The translations under genes were made by a program, and so were the position numbers. DNA of 63,132 nucleotides, the filler included, from Actinomycetota bacterium (GTDB lineage: Bacteria > Actinomycetota > CADDZG01 > JAHWKV01 > JAOPZY01): the NCBI GenBank assembly GCA_025963875.1. It is 8 parts of 8 records of this genome, joined end to end, with 100 filler letters (N's around TTAATTAATTAA, not from the genome) between each part and the next. Parts side by side here need not be neighbours in the genome. Positions count along the whole stretch, not along the records: positions 38,657 to 51,792 come from JAOPZY010000216.1; positions 51,893 to 60,122 come from JAOPZY010000269.1; 6 more parts are not named here. One strand, given 5' to 3'. Of the stretch, positions 49,301-59,257 are shown in pieces (the first letter of the stretch is position 1; each line of letters opens with the position of its first letter). The notes beneath the pieces were generated by a model. The model was given only the letters and a program-made list of their open reading frames with translations. It ran no database searches and had not been told where the DNA came from.

Positions 49301-49645
49301 GCCATCGGCCTGCCTCTGCGGGTGTGAGCGGAAGTGACACCAAATGGCGCTTGAGCAGCCGAAATGGTGATCCGTGGTCCCACAGCGTTCCGGGCGGGAA
49401 GGGTTGGTTGTGAAGTGTCCCGTGCCCAAATCCGTGACCATTGTGATCGAGAAACCGGTAGGCCCGAGCGCAGCGGTCCCTTGACAGTGGGCCGGCCCCC
49501 CGCAAGCTGGACTGCTGGGCACCCGCCGCTCGTCGGCGGGCTCTCTCGGGGGGTGAGGGGGGCCGGGGCGCTCCGCTGTCAAGGGCGGGCCGGGGATTGG
49601 GCTAGTGGGGCGAGGCTAGCTGCCAGGGAAGTAGGATCCTGCGTC

Positions 49646-50371
49646 ATGGATGTGTGGGTAGCACCTGGATTCTTAGCCTGGAAGCCGACCGTAGAGGGCA
49701 CGACACGGGACTCAGGCGAAGGATGGAAGAGCATCCCCTACGACGAGTTGGCGCATGCGGAAGACTTGTTGGGGTCGGAGGGCACGGACCGGCGACGTGG
49801 CGATGCTGTTGCTGCTTTGAGGAGAGCGGTGAGACACCGTGTGGAGATCCTCAAGAAGGTCTATGAATTACGGCGCATTCCTATTGCCGACAAGCCCCGG
49901 GATGACATCGAGCTGCTGCAATATTTGGGTATCATTCGGCCCCTGATGTTGCGTACTCTGGTAGAAGTCAGAGACTCTTTTGAGCATGAATATCTGCCTC
50001 CGCCGTCGAGGGAACGGTGCCGTGAATTAGCGGAGATCGTCTGGTATTTTCTGAGGTCGACGGAGCGCCTAGTGCATGCGGTTCCTGTTGAGTTTGCTCT
50101 GTCTCCTGATGGTGATACTGGTAACATCCAGGAATGTGTAATTAAGACCGGTCCTATGCATGACTGGAATCTGACTATCAGCGTCAACGTCGATCAAACA
50201 GAGCTGTCCAGTTCGTTGGTGTCGGAATGGATGCGCGTCATCCTAGACGATGACCTGGCGCTGGAACTGGAAATCCCGGGTTGGATTTGGTTTCAGGGCC
50301 AAGTTCGTGGCCCCGCTAGCTGCATACGGGCTCTGATTAGGTTGTATTTCGATTGGGTCATCGTTACCTGA
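49646..50371 (+). CDS. Hypothetical cargo protein with HEPN-like Rx4H motif
   Basis: Helical N-domain DAVAALRRAV...LVEVRDSFEHEY; visibly AT-richer than flanks. Confidence 0.7.
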   Translation: MDVWVAPGFLAWKPTVEGTTRDSGEGWKSIPYDELAHAEDLLGSEGTDRRRGDAVAALRRAVRHRVEILKKVYELRRIPIADKPRDDIELLQYLGIIRPLMLRTLVEVRDSFEHEYLPPPSRERCRELAEIVWYFLRSTERLVHAVPVEFALSPDGDTGNIQECVIKTGPMHDWNLTISVNVDQTELSSSLVSEWMRVILDDDLALELEIPGWIWFQGQVRGPASCIRALIRLYFDWVIVT

Positions 50372-50499
50372 TGCAAGGCGTGGGGAACGGGGTCTTGGCG
50401 TGCGAGGAAGAATCGACGGTCTCTTCGCCGGCTGGAGGCCGTCAGGCCGTAAGCCGGCGGCTTGAGTTCGTAGAGAAAGTCTTCACGGGTGGGGCGAAG

Positions 50500-51270
50500 C
50501 TATCCGGCGGGAACCTCGTACACGAGGACGTGACGGTCCCCAGCGAGAAGGAAGTCGCTGACCTCAAGGGGATGATCGGCGTCGTCATAGAGGGTTCGGA
50601 GAAGGCGAACGACGGGCACGCCGGGGCCGAGGGCAAGGCGGCGTGCCTCGTCAGGGGTCGGCATTCGGAACGTCAACTCCTCGATGAAGTGGTCCAGTTG
50701 ATAGCCGAGGCCGAGTTCCAATTCGGCGTGAACCCCCCGCTCGATCTTCTCGTCTCGCTCGATCGGTGTTCCCTGAGCGATCGGGAGCGGAAAGTAACTG
50801 TCAGCGAGCTGAACGGGCGAGCCGTCCAGGGAGAGGAGGTGGCGGCGAACGACCGTCTGGTCGGAAGGGAGGAGGCGGAGGCGGTCAGCGACTTCCTCAG
50901 GAGGCTGAACGATCGCGCTACCGAGGAAATCTTGGTCAGCTTTGAGACCTTGGTCGAGAGCTTCCGCCTGAAGAGGCCGTGCGCCTGCTTTGCGCTTGGA
51001 TTTGGAGTAGCGGGAGGAACTGAGGCGGCGAAGTGGGCGGCGAGGTCGGACGAAGGAACCCCGGCCGTGCTCGGTGAAAACTACGCCTTCGATGCGGAGT
51101 AGGGCTACGGCGCTTCGTACGCTGTTGCGGGAGACGCCGTAGCGTTCCATGAGGTCTGTTTCGGAGGGGAGAGGACTGGCTTCAGGAAGTTCTCCGGAGC
51201 GAACGGCGGCTCGCAAGGCGTCGGCCAACTGTTTGTAGACGGGTCGGTCGCTCGTGCGGTCGATCGCCAT
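50500..51270 (-). CDS. GntR/UTRA repressor, KorSA-like
   Basis: PVYKQLAD, LPSETDL..RYGVSRNSVR, HGRGSFV, RMPTPDEA..L....GVPV. Confidence 0.9.
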   Translation of the reverse strand: MAIDRTSDRPVYKQLADALRAAVRSGELPEASPLPSETDLMERYGVSRNSVRSAVALLRIEGVVFTEHGRGSFVRPRRPLRRLSSSRYSKSKRKAGARPLQAEALDQGLKADQDFLGSAIVQPPEEVADRLRLLPSDQTVVRRHLLSLDGSPVQLADSYFPLPIAQGTPIERDEKIERGVHAELELGLGYQLDHFIEELTFRMPTPDEARRLALGPGVPVVRLLRTLYDDADHPLEVSDFLLAGDRHVLVYEVPAG

Positions 51271-51348
51271 GGTGGGTCGTCCTCTCGTGGTGACGTGCCT
51301 ACGTGCACGGTACCAAAAGGCATCGGCCGGGCGTAATAATCTCCACGT

Positions 51349-51414
51349 ACTCATTGGTACGAGTCCTTGACAGGTGGACGTGGATCAGGATAGGGTGCAA
51401 CTCATTGGTACGAG
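51349..51414 (+). promoter_or_regulatory. Promoter bracketed by two identical 15-bp operators
   Basis: ACTCATTGGTACGAG at 51349-51363 and 51400-51414; TTGACA (51367)-18 bp-TAGGGT (51391). Confidence 0.85.
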
Positions 51415-51614
51415 GGTATGTGTTGAGCTAGGAAGGGGGGTTGTCGGGGAGAGGGGTGTAGGAAAGCGAAAGGCCCGCCGTCCAGGGCGGACCTTTCAAG
51501 GCGTAGGGCCAGGTCCAGTCTCGGGAGCCTGATCTACCCAGCCAGCCTACCGCCGTTCTTCGGCGCGGGCAAAGGCGGTGATCGGGCTCCCTCACAACAG
51601 AGGGAGGTATCGCT

Positions 51615-51792
51615 GTGAAGCTGCCGATCGACACCGCCGCACTGAACTGCACCTGCTCGCTTCCGCCGGAGCCGGTGATGGACTTCACGAGCAAGCAGCA
51701 GAAGGCCGACGCCAACGGAGAGCCGCTGTACTCCGTCGAGCTTGTCGCCTTCACCGACGAGGGCGCACAGGTCTTCAACGTCAAGTTCCCCG
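51615..51792 (+). CDS. AICE-type small regulatory/activator protein (Pra/SCO3933-like), truncated
   Basis: GGGAGG RBS; KLPIDT...PEPVMDF...QKADANGEPLYSVEL resembles AICE proteins encoded upstream of transfer genes. Confidence 0.65.
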
Positions 51793-51892
51793 NNNNNNNN
51801 NNNNNNNNNNNNNNNNNNNNNNNNNNNNNNNNNNNNTTAATTAATTAANNNNNNNNNNNNNNNNNNNNNNNNNNNNNNNNNNNNNNNNNNNN

Positions 51893-53964
51893 ACGATCAT
51901 CGGGTTGATCCGCACCCCGCAGTCGTCGACGCCGACGAACTTCAGGACGTCCCATTGACCGGTCCCCGGGTCCACCTCCACCGTGCTGACGTACACGTCG
52001 AAGGGCCAGGTCATGTTCGGGGGGTCGTAGTAGGCGTTGTTCTCCAGTCCCGGCTCGAGACCGTCGGGCATGTTGGTGTAGGCGGCGAAGGCGCAGTCCT
52101 GGATCGTTACGCCGCGCTTGGGGGCGCTTCGCACGTAGAAGCGGCCCAGCTCCCACTCCACGTCCTCCTCCGACACCTCGAGGAGGTGTGCGGCGAGCTT
52201 CTTGGCCTTGGCCCGGATCTTCCGCGCCACCATTGCGGTCGCGGCGCCGGCGGTCGGGGTCGACCGGGAGGCGTAGGTGCCCATGCCGAAGGGCGTGTTG
52301 TCGGTGTCGCCGTGCTGCACGAGGATGTCGTCGGCGGGGATGCCGAGCTCGTGGGTGACGATCTGGGCGAACGTGGTCTCGTGGCCCTGGCCCTGGGTCT
52401 TGGAGCCGATCTTGAGTATCGCCTTGCCGCTTGGATGCACCCGCAGCTCGGCGGAGTCGAACATCTTGATGCCGAGGATGTCGTACTCACGGGAGTTGCC
52501 GGCGCCGAGGGGCTCGGACATGCACGAGATGCCGATGCCGAGGAGGCGACCTTCCTGGCGGCCCTCCTCCTTCCGGCGAAGGAAGTCTTCGTAGCCCACC
52601 TTGTCCAGTGCCAGATCCAGGCACTGGTCGTAGTCGCCGGAGTCGACGAGGAAGCCGAAGGTGGTGCGGTGGGGGAACTCGCGGACGAAGTTGCGGCGCC
52701 GGAACTCGGCGGGATCGATGCCGAGCTCGTAGGCGGCGGTCTGCATGAGCCGCTCCTGGAAGAACATCGCCTCGGTGATGCGGAACGAGCACCGGTACGC
52801 GACGCCCCCTGGGGCCTTGTTGGTGTAGTGGCCCTGGGCGGTCAGGTGACCGTAGGGGATGTCGTAGCAGCCGAACGTCGAGTGGAACAGGCCGACCTTG
52901 AACTTGGTCGGCTGGGCGTCGGAGAAGAAGGCGCCGTTGTCGGTGTCGGCGTGGATCCGCACCGCCTGGATCTTGCCATCCTTGCGCACGGCGAGCTCCC
53001 CGTGGAAGTACATGTCACGCGCGTACCCGGTGGAGATCAGGTTGCCGGTCTTGTCCTCGATCCACTTGACGGGCCGGCTGAGCAGGATGGAGGCGAGGAT
53101 GGCGATGACGTAGCCGGGGTAGACGGGCACCTTGTTGCCGAAGCCCCCGCCGATGTCGGGCGAGATGACCCGGATCATGTGCTCCGGCAGCTCCGCGACC
53201 AGGGCCACCGCCGTCCGGATGATGTGCGGTGCCTGGGTGGTCATGTAGATCGTGAGCTTGCCGGTGGCGGCGTTGTAGTCGGCGATCTCGCCGCAGTTCT
53301 CGATGGGGCAGGGGTGGGTGCGGGGGTAGTAGCAGTCGAGGCTGACCACCGTGTCCGCCTGCTCGAAGGCCCGGTCCGTCCCCGCCTTGTCGCCGACCTC
53401 CCACCGGTAGCACACGTTCTTCGGTAGATGCTCGCCGGAGAGGGCACTCCCGGCGTCTGCCTTGTCGTCGCGGATCACGGGGGCGTCGGGAGCTAGGGCC
53501 TGCCTGGGGTTCACGATCGCCGGCAGTGTCTCGTAGTCGACCTCGATCGCCTCGCAGGCATCCTTGGCGATGTACGGGTCGTCCGCGACGACGCAGGCGA
53601 CCTCCTGGCCCTGGAACCGCACCTTGTCGGTGGCGAGCACCGCCTGGGTGTCGTACGAGAGGGTGGGCATCCAGGCCAGGTTGTGCTGCGCCGCCATCTC
53701 CCCGGTGATCACCAGGTGCACGCCGGGCGTCATCCATGCCTTCGACGTGTCGATCGACTTGATGCGGGCGTGCGCCACCGGGCTTCGCAGGATCTCCATG
53801 TGCAGCATGCGGGGCAGCTTGAAGTCGTCGATGTAATTGCCCTTGCCTCTGACGAACCGGGCGTCCTCCACCCGCTTGCGCCGGGCCCCCAGGCCTCCGA
53901 TCTGGATCTCGTCCACCGTCCGGGTGGCGTGGAGGCCACCGATGCGCATCTCGTCAACCGCCAT
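51893..53964 (-). CDS. coxL: Aerobic CO dehydrogenase large subunit, form I; C-terminus cut
   Basis: Active-site loop AYRCSFR, GGGFGNK, QGQGHETT, AWMPTLS; AAGGAGG RBS. Confidence 0.95.
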
Positions 53965-54729
53965 GTCCGTCCTCCTTAAGGCTCCCTGCTGGGCGTTCAC
54001 CCGCTGCAGGAGCCGTTGTATTGGGCTTCGTCTTGTCTTCACCCGGCCATGGCCGCTGGGTGTCACCGCCTGCCTCTAAAACTTATTGGCCCTGATTCTA
54101 GAAGCAGAGGGAGGAGTTTGCAAGCCCTGCCTTGCTTTAGAATCGCCCCGTTCTATGACAAGCTGACGCTTGCTTTGGAGCGGGCACCCTTCTACTAACG
54201 AACGACTACTCCTAGACGCTGGGGAAGGGACAGGAGGCCCGGAGGGGTAGCGATTGCCGCAAACCGCACTGCGGGACTCCCTGCCCCGCCCCGTCGCTAC
54301 GGGGGTGGCCGACAGGCCTCGCGCCCGGACTGCGAAACACCGCTGTCGACCTACGACCGGGCGGGCACCTACGCTGTTCGCTCACCCCGGACTGTGCCGC
54401 GACTGCGTCGAAACAAGCCTCGTGGGATTGCCATTGCCGATGGATCCCTCGGATCTTGAGGGCTACTTGCAGGAGATCTGCCAGCATTGCTGGCTGGCCC
54501 TCCTGGCATCGATGCAGCTCCGCGCCTGCTCGACCTTGTGAACGAGCGCGCCGGCGAGCTGGCTCGCTCGGACGTGCACCATGTCTGGCGGCTGCAGTGC
54601 TGGCAGTCCACCGAAACCATCCTGTCGTCGGGGGCAGCGCTCTCCCGGCTGCTGTGGCCTCCGGACGCCAGCCTAAGAGATCAGGTGCGCAGGGCGAGGC
54701 TGCGCTCCACGCTCGGCGTGGACGGGCGG

Positions 54730-55390
54730 GGCTACTACGCGACCCGCGTCCCGGGCCACGGGGCTGAGTACCGCACGTCCCCATCCATCAGCCCCTGGTT
54801 CGGCCGCCTGGTCGCCAAGGCGCTGTGTGGCGTCTGGGAGGAGCTCGGCCGCCCTGACCCCTTCTGGGTCATCGAGGTGGGTGCAGGGTTGGGCGATCTG
54901 GCCGCAGGCGCCGTGGAAGCGGCCGGCCCGCTGGCTGGCGCCCTGCGATGGCGATTCGTGGAGCAGTTCGAACGGGTGGCTGCCTGGCAGGGTCGCCGGC
55001 TCGGCCATGCGCCCAGCGGGCCGAGTGGACGTCGGCCCTTGGGGAGGGGCCGCCAGTGGAGGGCTGCGTCGTCGCCAATGAAGTCCTGGACAGCTTCCCC
55101 GTCCACGTCCTCGAAGTCGCCCGTGGTGGGGGTCCCCGGGAGGTTTATGTCGATCTGGAGGGCGATCGGTTTGTCGAGGTCCTGGGCCCGCTCTCGGAGG
55201 ATGCGCTGGCGGATCCCTCGGGCCGGGGAGCTGCCTGCCTCGACGCTGGCAACCGCTTTCAGGTCTGCCTGCAGTTGGAGGAATGGTTTGCCCCAGGCCT
55301 CGCGGGCACTGCGGCGCGGTTTCCTGTTCGCCTTCGACTACGGCGATCTCGAACCCTCTCTGTGGTTGCGTCAACCCCGCGGGTCCTCCA
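54730..55390 (+). pseudogene. MidA/NDUFAF7-family SAM methyltransferase remnant
   Basis: GYY...YRTSP..SPWFG...EVGAG.G, frameshift, ANEVLDSFPV...REVYV, frameshift, DYG; both termini missing. Confidence 0.8.
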
Positions 55391-55715
55391 GACCACCGGG
55401 CGCTTCTGCCAGGACTCGTCGAAAGGACGCATGCTGCACGGTGGCCATCGCTCGTTCCGAGAGATGGCGACGGCGTCCGGCCACGCCTTGCATGTCACGG
55501 CGGCCCGCGGAGACTACCTGTGGATGCATCTCGACAGGGTGTCGCCCAGTTCGGCTCCGACAGGAGATGGGCGTTGTCGCTACCGGACGCGTCAGGCACT
55601 GGCTCACATTCGCCGCGATGTCATCCCCCTGTTGCTGCGCTTGCAGGCCTCGCCACCGAAAGAAACGGTTCCGGGCAGGTAACGGCGAGCGGACCGCGCC
55701 AGAGGCGCCCGCTAG

Positions 55716-56621
55716 TCAGGTGCGGGACCGGACCTCGATCTTCCCGTCCTGCACGCGGGTCTCGTAGGACGGCTGCGGCGCCGTGGCGGGCCCCCGGACC
55801 AGGGATCCGTCGGCCAGGTTGAAGGTGCTGGCGTGCCACGGGCAGGTCACTCGCCCATCCTCGACCTTGCCCTCGTGCAGCGGACCCCCTGCGTGCATGC
55901 AGTGGTCGGCGAGGGCGCACAGCGCCCCGCCAGCCCGGTAGACCATCACGTCGTTGCCTGCCGCATTGACGAGCTTGGCCTCGCCCTCGGCGAGCTCGCC
56001 GGCGTCCAGGACCGGCGTCCAGTCCTCGACGGCGTACTCGAACGCGGTGTGGTTTACGCCGATCCCCTTGCGGAACGAGAGGTGCCCCCCGAGAAACGCC
56101 GAGGCTGTCATGACCCCCGTGGCCGCCGTCGAGAGGCCCACGCCGATCGTCCGGCTGCCGCTCTTCCTGGCGACATAGGAGGCGGCATAGAGAGCTACCG
56201 CCGCGATGTTGCCGATGGCGTGCGCAGCGGCGATGGCCCGCTCGTGTTCGGTGCCGAGGTCGGCGAGCTCGGAGAGACCGGTGACCGCCGTGGGAAGGGC
56301 CGCCAGCACGCCGATGCCGATCAGCGTGTCGGCGCCCTTCGCGGCGGTTCGCCCTCCGAGAAGGTCGAGCATCAGGGCACTCGTCCAAGCTCCGATGGGG
56401 ATGTCGGTCAGCATCGGGTGGGCGGGGTGGCCCATCCAGGTCCCGCTCACCAGATCCTTGACCTTACCCGGCTGCAGCACCTTGGCGACCAGGGACCCGA
56501 GGTTCTGGGCGAAGGCATCCAGGGCCTGCGACTGCTCGATCTGGCCGACGATGGCTTCCGCCGCATCGGCACCGCGCGCCCCGAGCGCCCGTTGCTGCCC
56601 GTGCCCTCCACCGGCGATCAT
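55716..56621 (-). CDS. DUF2231-like membrane domain fused to a Rieske [2Fe-2S] domain; start uncertain
   Basis: GHPAHPMLTDIPIGAW; CMHAGGPL...CPWH. Confidence 0.9.
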   Translation of the reverse strand: MIAGGGHGQQRALGARGADAAEAIVGQIEQSQALDAFAQNLGSLVAKVLQPGKVKDLVSGTWMGHPAHPMLTDIPIGAWTSALMLDLLGGRTAAKGADTLIGIGVLAALPTAVTGLSELADLGTEHERAIAAAHAIGNIAAVALYAASYVARKSGSRTIGVGLSTAATGVMTASAFLGGHLSFRKGIGVNHTAFEYAVEDWTPVLDAGELAEGEAKLVNAAGNDVMVYRAGGALCALADHCMHAGGPLHEGKVEDGRVTCPWHASTFNLADGSLVRGPATAPQPSYETRVQDGKIEVRSRT

Positions 56622-56745
56622 CGCACTGAACGCGCCGAACCAGCTGATGAACCTCCTTGCCGCCACGCATGCCCCCTCTCTGCCTCGGATCACGGGCCGT
56701 TCGGTGTTTCCGCCGGCAAAGCTAGCATCGGCTAATATTAGAGCG

Positions 56746-56768
56746 TGACTTGCCACTTAAGCAAGTCA
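56746..56768. promoter_or_regulatory. 8-7-8 inverted-repeat operator between divergent genes
   Basis: TGACTTGC-CACTTAA-GCAAGTCA; a second palindrome CTAATATTAG at 56732-56741. Confidence 0.75.
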
Positions 56769-56797
56769 ATGTTTGTAGTACAAGGAGCGCGGGAGCA

Positions 56798-57532
56798 GTG
56801 GATCTGACCCAGACCGAAGAGCGCATCGCGGCCTTTTCCTCGCTTGCCGACCCCACCCGCCGGCGCCTCTACCTCTTTGTCGTCTCCCGCCCCGTTGGGG
56901 CCGGGCGAGACGAGGCGGCGGAGGGGGTTGGGATCAGCCGGGGGCTTGCGGCATTTCATCTCGACCGCCTCATCGCCGACGGCCTCCTGGTCGCCGAGTA
57001 CCGCAGGCTCACGGGCCGCACGGGTCCTGGCGCTGGCCGGCCCGCGAAGATCTACCGGCGCTCGGCTCGCGATCTGTCCTTCAGCGTCCCCCGGCGCAAC
57101 CACGAGTTGCTGGCACGCCTGTTCGCGCAGGCGTTCTCCTCCACCGACGGGACTCCCCTGGAGGCGCTGTGGGCGGCGGCCAACGACCTGGGTGCCACGC
57201 TCGGGAGCGAGGCCCGTCGCCGCGCCGGATCACGCGCCGGGCGGGACCGGCTTCTCGAGGCGGCGGCCAAAGTCCTGGAAGAACAGGGCTTCGAGCCCCG
57301 AGCCGAGGGAAAGGGATGCCTCGTCCTCGGCAACTGCCCCTTCAGCCCCGTGGCCGGCGAGTACATGGATCTCGTGTGCCAAGCAAACCTGGCGCTCATG
57401 CGCGGCCTTGCATCGGGGCTGCAGATCAAGGGCGTCCAAGCCCTGCTGGAGCGCGAGCCGGGCAGGTGTTGCGTGGTGTTCGACCGAGTGCCGCGTACCG
57501 AGGCCGCCAAGGACCCTTCCATCCGAGCCTGA
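56798..57532 (+). CDS. ArsR-like HTH regulator with Cys-rich C-domain (SufR-like)
   Basis: LADPTRRRLY, HLDRL...GLL, GAGRPAKIY, NCPF, VC..N, RCC. Confidence 0.88.
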   Translation: MDLTQTEERIAAFSSLADPTRRRLYLFVVSRPVGAGRDEAAEGVGISRGLAAFHLDRLIADGLLVAEYRRLTGRTGPGAGRPAKIYRRSARDLSFSVPRRNHELLARLFAQAFSSTDGTPLEALWAAANDLGATLGSEARRRAGSRAGRDRLLEAAAKVLEEQGFEPRAEGKGCLVLGNCPFSPVAGEYMDLVCQANLALMRGLASGLQIKGVQALLEREPGRCCVVFDRVPRTEAAKDPSIRA

Positions 57533-57570
57533 GACCACGAGCCTGAGACCACGATCCGAGCCTGAGACCA
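57524..57570. repeat. Three copies of 14-bp CGAGCCTGAGACCA
   Basis: Copies at 57524, 57538 and 57557; the first contains the regulator stop codon. Confidence 0.9.
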
Positions 57571-57597
57571 CCAACGAGCGGGAGACGGGGCACAAGA

Positions 57598-58329
57598 ATG
57601 CGTGACGACGGCGATACCACACGGGCCGAGGGTCCTTCCCCGAACGGGTTTCGTGAGGGGGCGTCGGGCGACCGAGCCCTGCCCGCGGTGCTGCAGGACC
57701 CGGACGAGCCCTTCTTCTGGGATCACATCACCCCCCGGACCATCGACCCAGCCCGGTGGGCCACGTTCCAACGCTACATGGCCGAGATTCTCGAGGAGTT
57801 CGGCATGGACCTGGACACCCCGGGAACCCACCGGACGCCGGAGCGCTTCCTGCGGGCACTCTTCGACTCGACGTCCGGCTACGAGGGAGACGCCAACCTG
57901 CTCACCGCCTTCCCCACCGAATGCCGGGGCGGACCGGATTGTCTGCTCAGCCAGGTCATCGAGGGGCCGATCCACTTTTACGCCCTCTGCGAGCACCATG
58001 CACTCCCCTTCTTCGGCGTGGCCCATATCGGCTACGTGCCGCACGAGCTGATCATCGGCATCTCAAAGCTCACCCGGTTGGTGCGCGTCTTCGCCCGCCG
58101 GTTCACGGTGCAGGAGCGGATGGGCGTGGAGATCATCGACACTCTCGTCAGACTGCTCGAGCCGCACGGCGTCGCGGTCCACCTGGCGGCGACCCACCTG
58201 TGCACCCAGATGCGCGGCGTCCGCGAGGACCAATCCAAGACTTGGACGTCGTTCTGGCGCGGCAGCTACGAGTCCCAGCCGGCCATGCGCGACGAGTTTC
58301 TGCAGACCGTGCGGGTCAGCCGACGGTGA
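57598..58329 (+). CDS. folE: GTP cyclohydrolase I
   Basis: TPER, LCEHHALPF.G, GISKL.R, QER, HLCTQMRGV. Confidence 0.94.
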   Translation: MRDDGDTTRAEGPSPNGFREGASGDRALPAVLQDPDEPFFWDHITPRTIDPARWATFQRYMAEILEEFGMDLDTPGTHRTPERFLRALFDSTSGYEGDANLLTAFPTECRGGPDCLLSQVIEGPIHFYALCEHHALPFFGVAHIGYVPHELIIGISKLTRLVRVFARRFTVQERMGVEIIDTLVRLLEPHGVAVHLAATHLCTQMRGVREDQSKTWTSFWRGSYESQPAMRDEFLQTVRVSRR

Positions 58330-58731
58330 CGCCGAGGCGGTTCAGGCGCAGATCGTGACAGTGGCCTGCATCCCTGCCGCGTTGTCCGGGCGCGCGGAGC
58401 CGAACCTTGCGGGCAGGTCGGTTCGAGGGCGTCGAGCCAGGCTGGCGTAGGCCTTCGTCATCTACCTCGTCAGCGAGCCGGCGCAGCGGATCATCGCCGC
58501 CTCGAAGAGCTGGGAGTACCCGCTGCGCCCTGGCGTCACGGCTGCAGCCGGGCTGCCCCAGGCGAGCCTGACACCCCGCACCGCTGACAAATGCCGAACT
58601 CGCCGATGGCTCCCAGGCCTTGGACTTGCTCAAGCGGGTGGGGCTCCTGTAGTGGCTGGCCTCCTGGCATTCCTGGATACGTCATCCGTGGCACGCTGCA
58701 GCCCCAGCCTGACAAGGAGACCGGCAACACA

Positions 58732-59257
58732 ATGTTGAGCGAACCCATGACCAATGCGCTGAACCACCAGATGATGATGGAGATCGCATCCTCGTACAGC
58801 TCCCTGGCCGTGTCCTCCCCCCTGCGAAGTGCTGTCCCTACCGGGATTCGCGGCCTGGTTCCGTGCCCAGTCGGGTGAGGAGTGGATGCACGCCATGAAG
58901 TTCTTCGACTACCTGAAGGACCGTGAAGCTGCCCCGCGACTCGAGGCGGTTCCGGCACCAGCGGCCGAGTACGACACGGCTACCGACGCCTTTGGCGCGG
59001 CTCTCGCCAACGAGCAGGCGGTGACGCAGTCCATTCATCAGATCTTCGGGCTCGCCGTGGAGGAGAAGGACTTCGCCAGCCAGTCGTTCCTCAATTGGTT
59101 TGTCACAGAGCAGGTTGAGGAGGAGAACACCGTGAAGAGCATCCTGGGCTGGCTGAAGCGCATCGGCGAGTCCGGCCAGGGTCTCTTTCTGCTCGACCGG
59201 GAACTCGCCCAGACTCGCCGGCCGGGGACCTCGGCCGACTCGGTCGCCTCCGCCTGA
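58732..59257 (+). pseudogene. ftnA: Non-heme ferritin with a +1 frameshift
   Basis: AAGGAG RBS; MLSEPMTNALNHQMMMEIASSY; extra C in the C6 run 58817-58822; then GFAAWF..Q..EEWMHAMKFFDYL...FLNWFVTEQVEEE. Confidence 0.88.

Larger units (their letters stand above)
49241..51792. mobile_element. End of an AICE-like (pSAM2-type) integrative element; continues past the contig end
   Basis: tRNA fragment, KorSA-like GntR gene divergent from an AICE-type activator gene, lower-GC cargo; no integrase in view. Confidence 0.75.

Noticed and set aside
49241..49340. Functional tRNA-Sec gene
   Set aside because: D arm and 5' acceptor strand are missing; kept only as an att fragment
54254..54541. 95-aa ORF with two CxxC motifs as a CODH accessory protein
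   Set aside because: TTG start, Arg/Pro-rich N-terminal half, no family recognised; not enough support
57524..57570. Mini CRISPR array
   Set aside because: Repeats are only 14 bp with 0-5-nt spacing, and no cas genes occur in the window
57598..58329. folE as molybdenum-cofactor supplier for CoxL
   Set aside because: Molybdopterin synthesis starts with MoaA/MoaC, not GTP cyclohydrolase I
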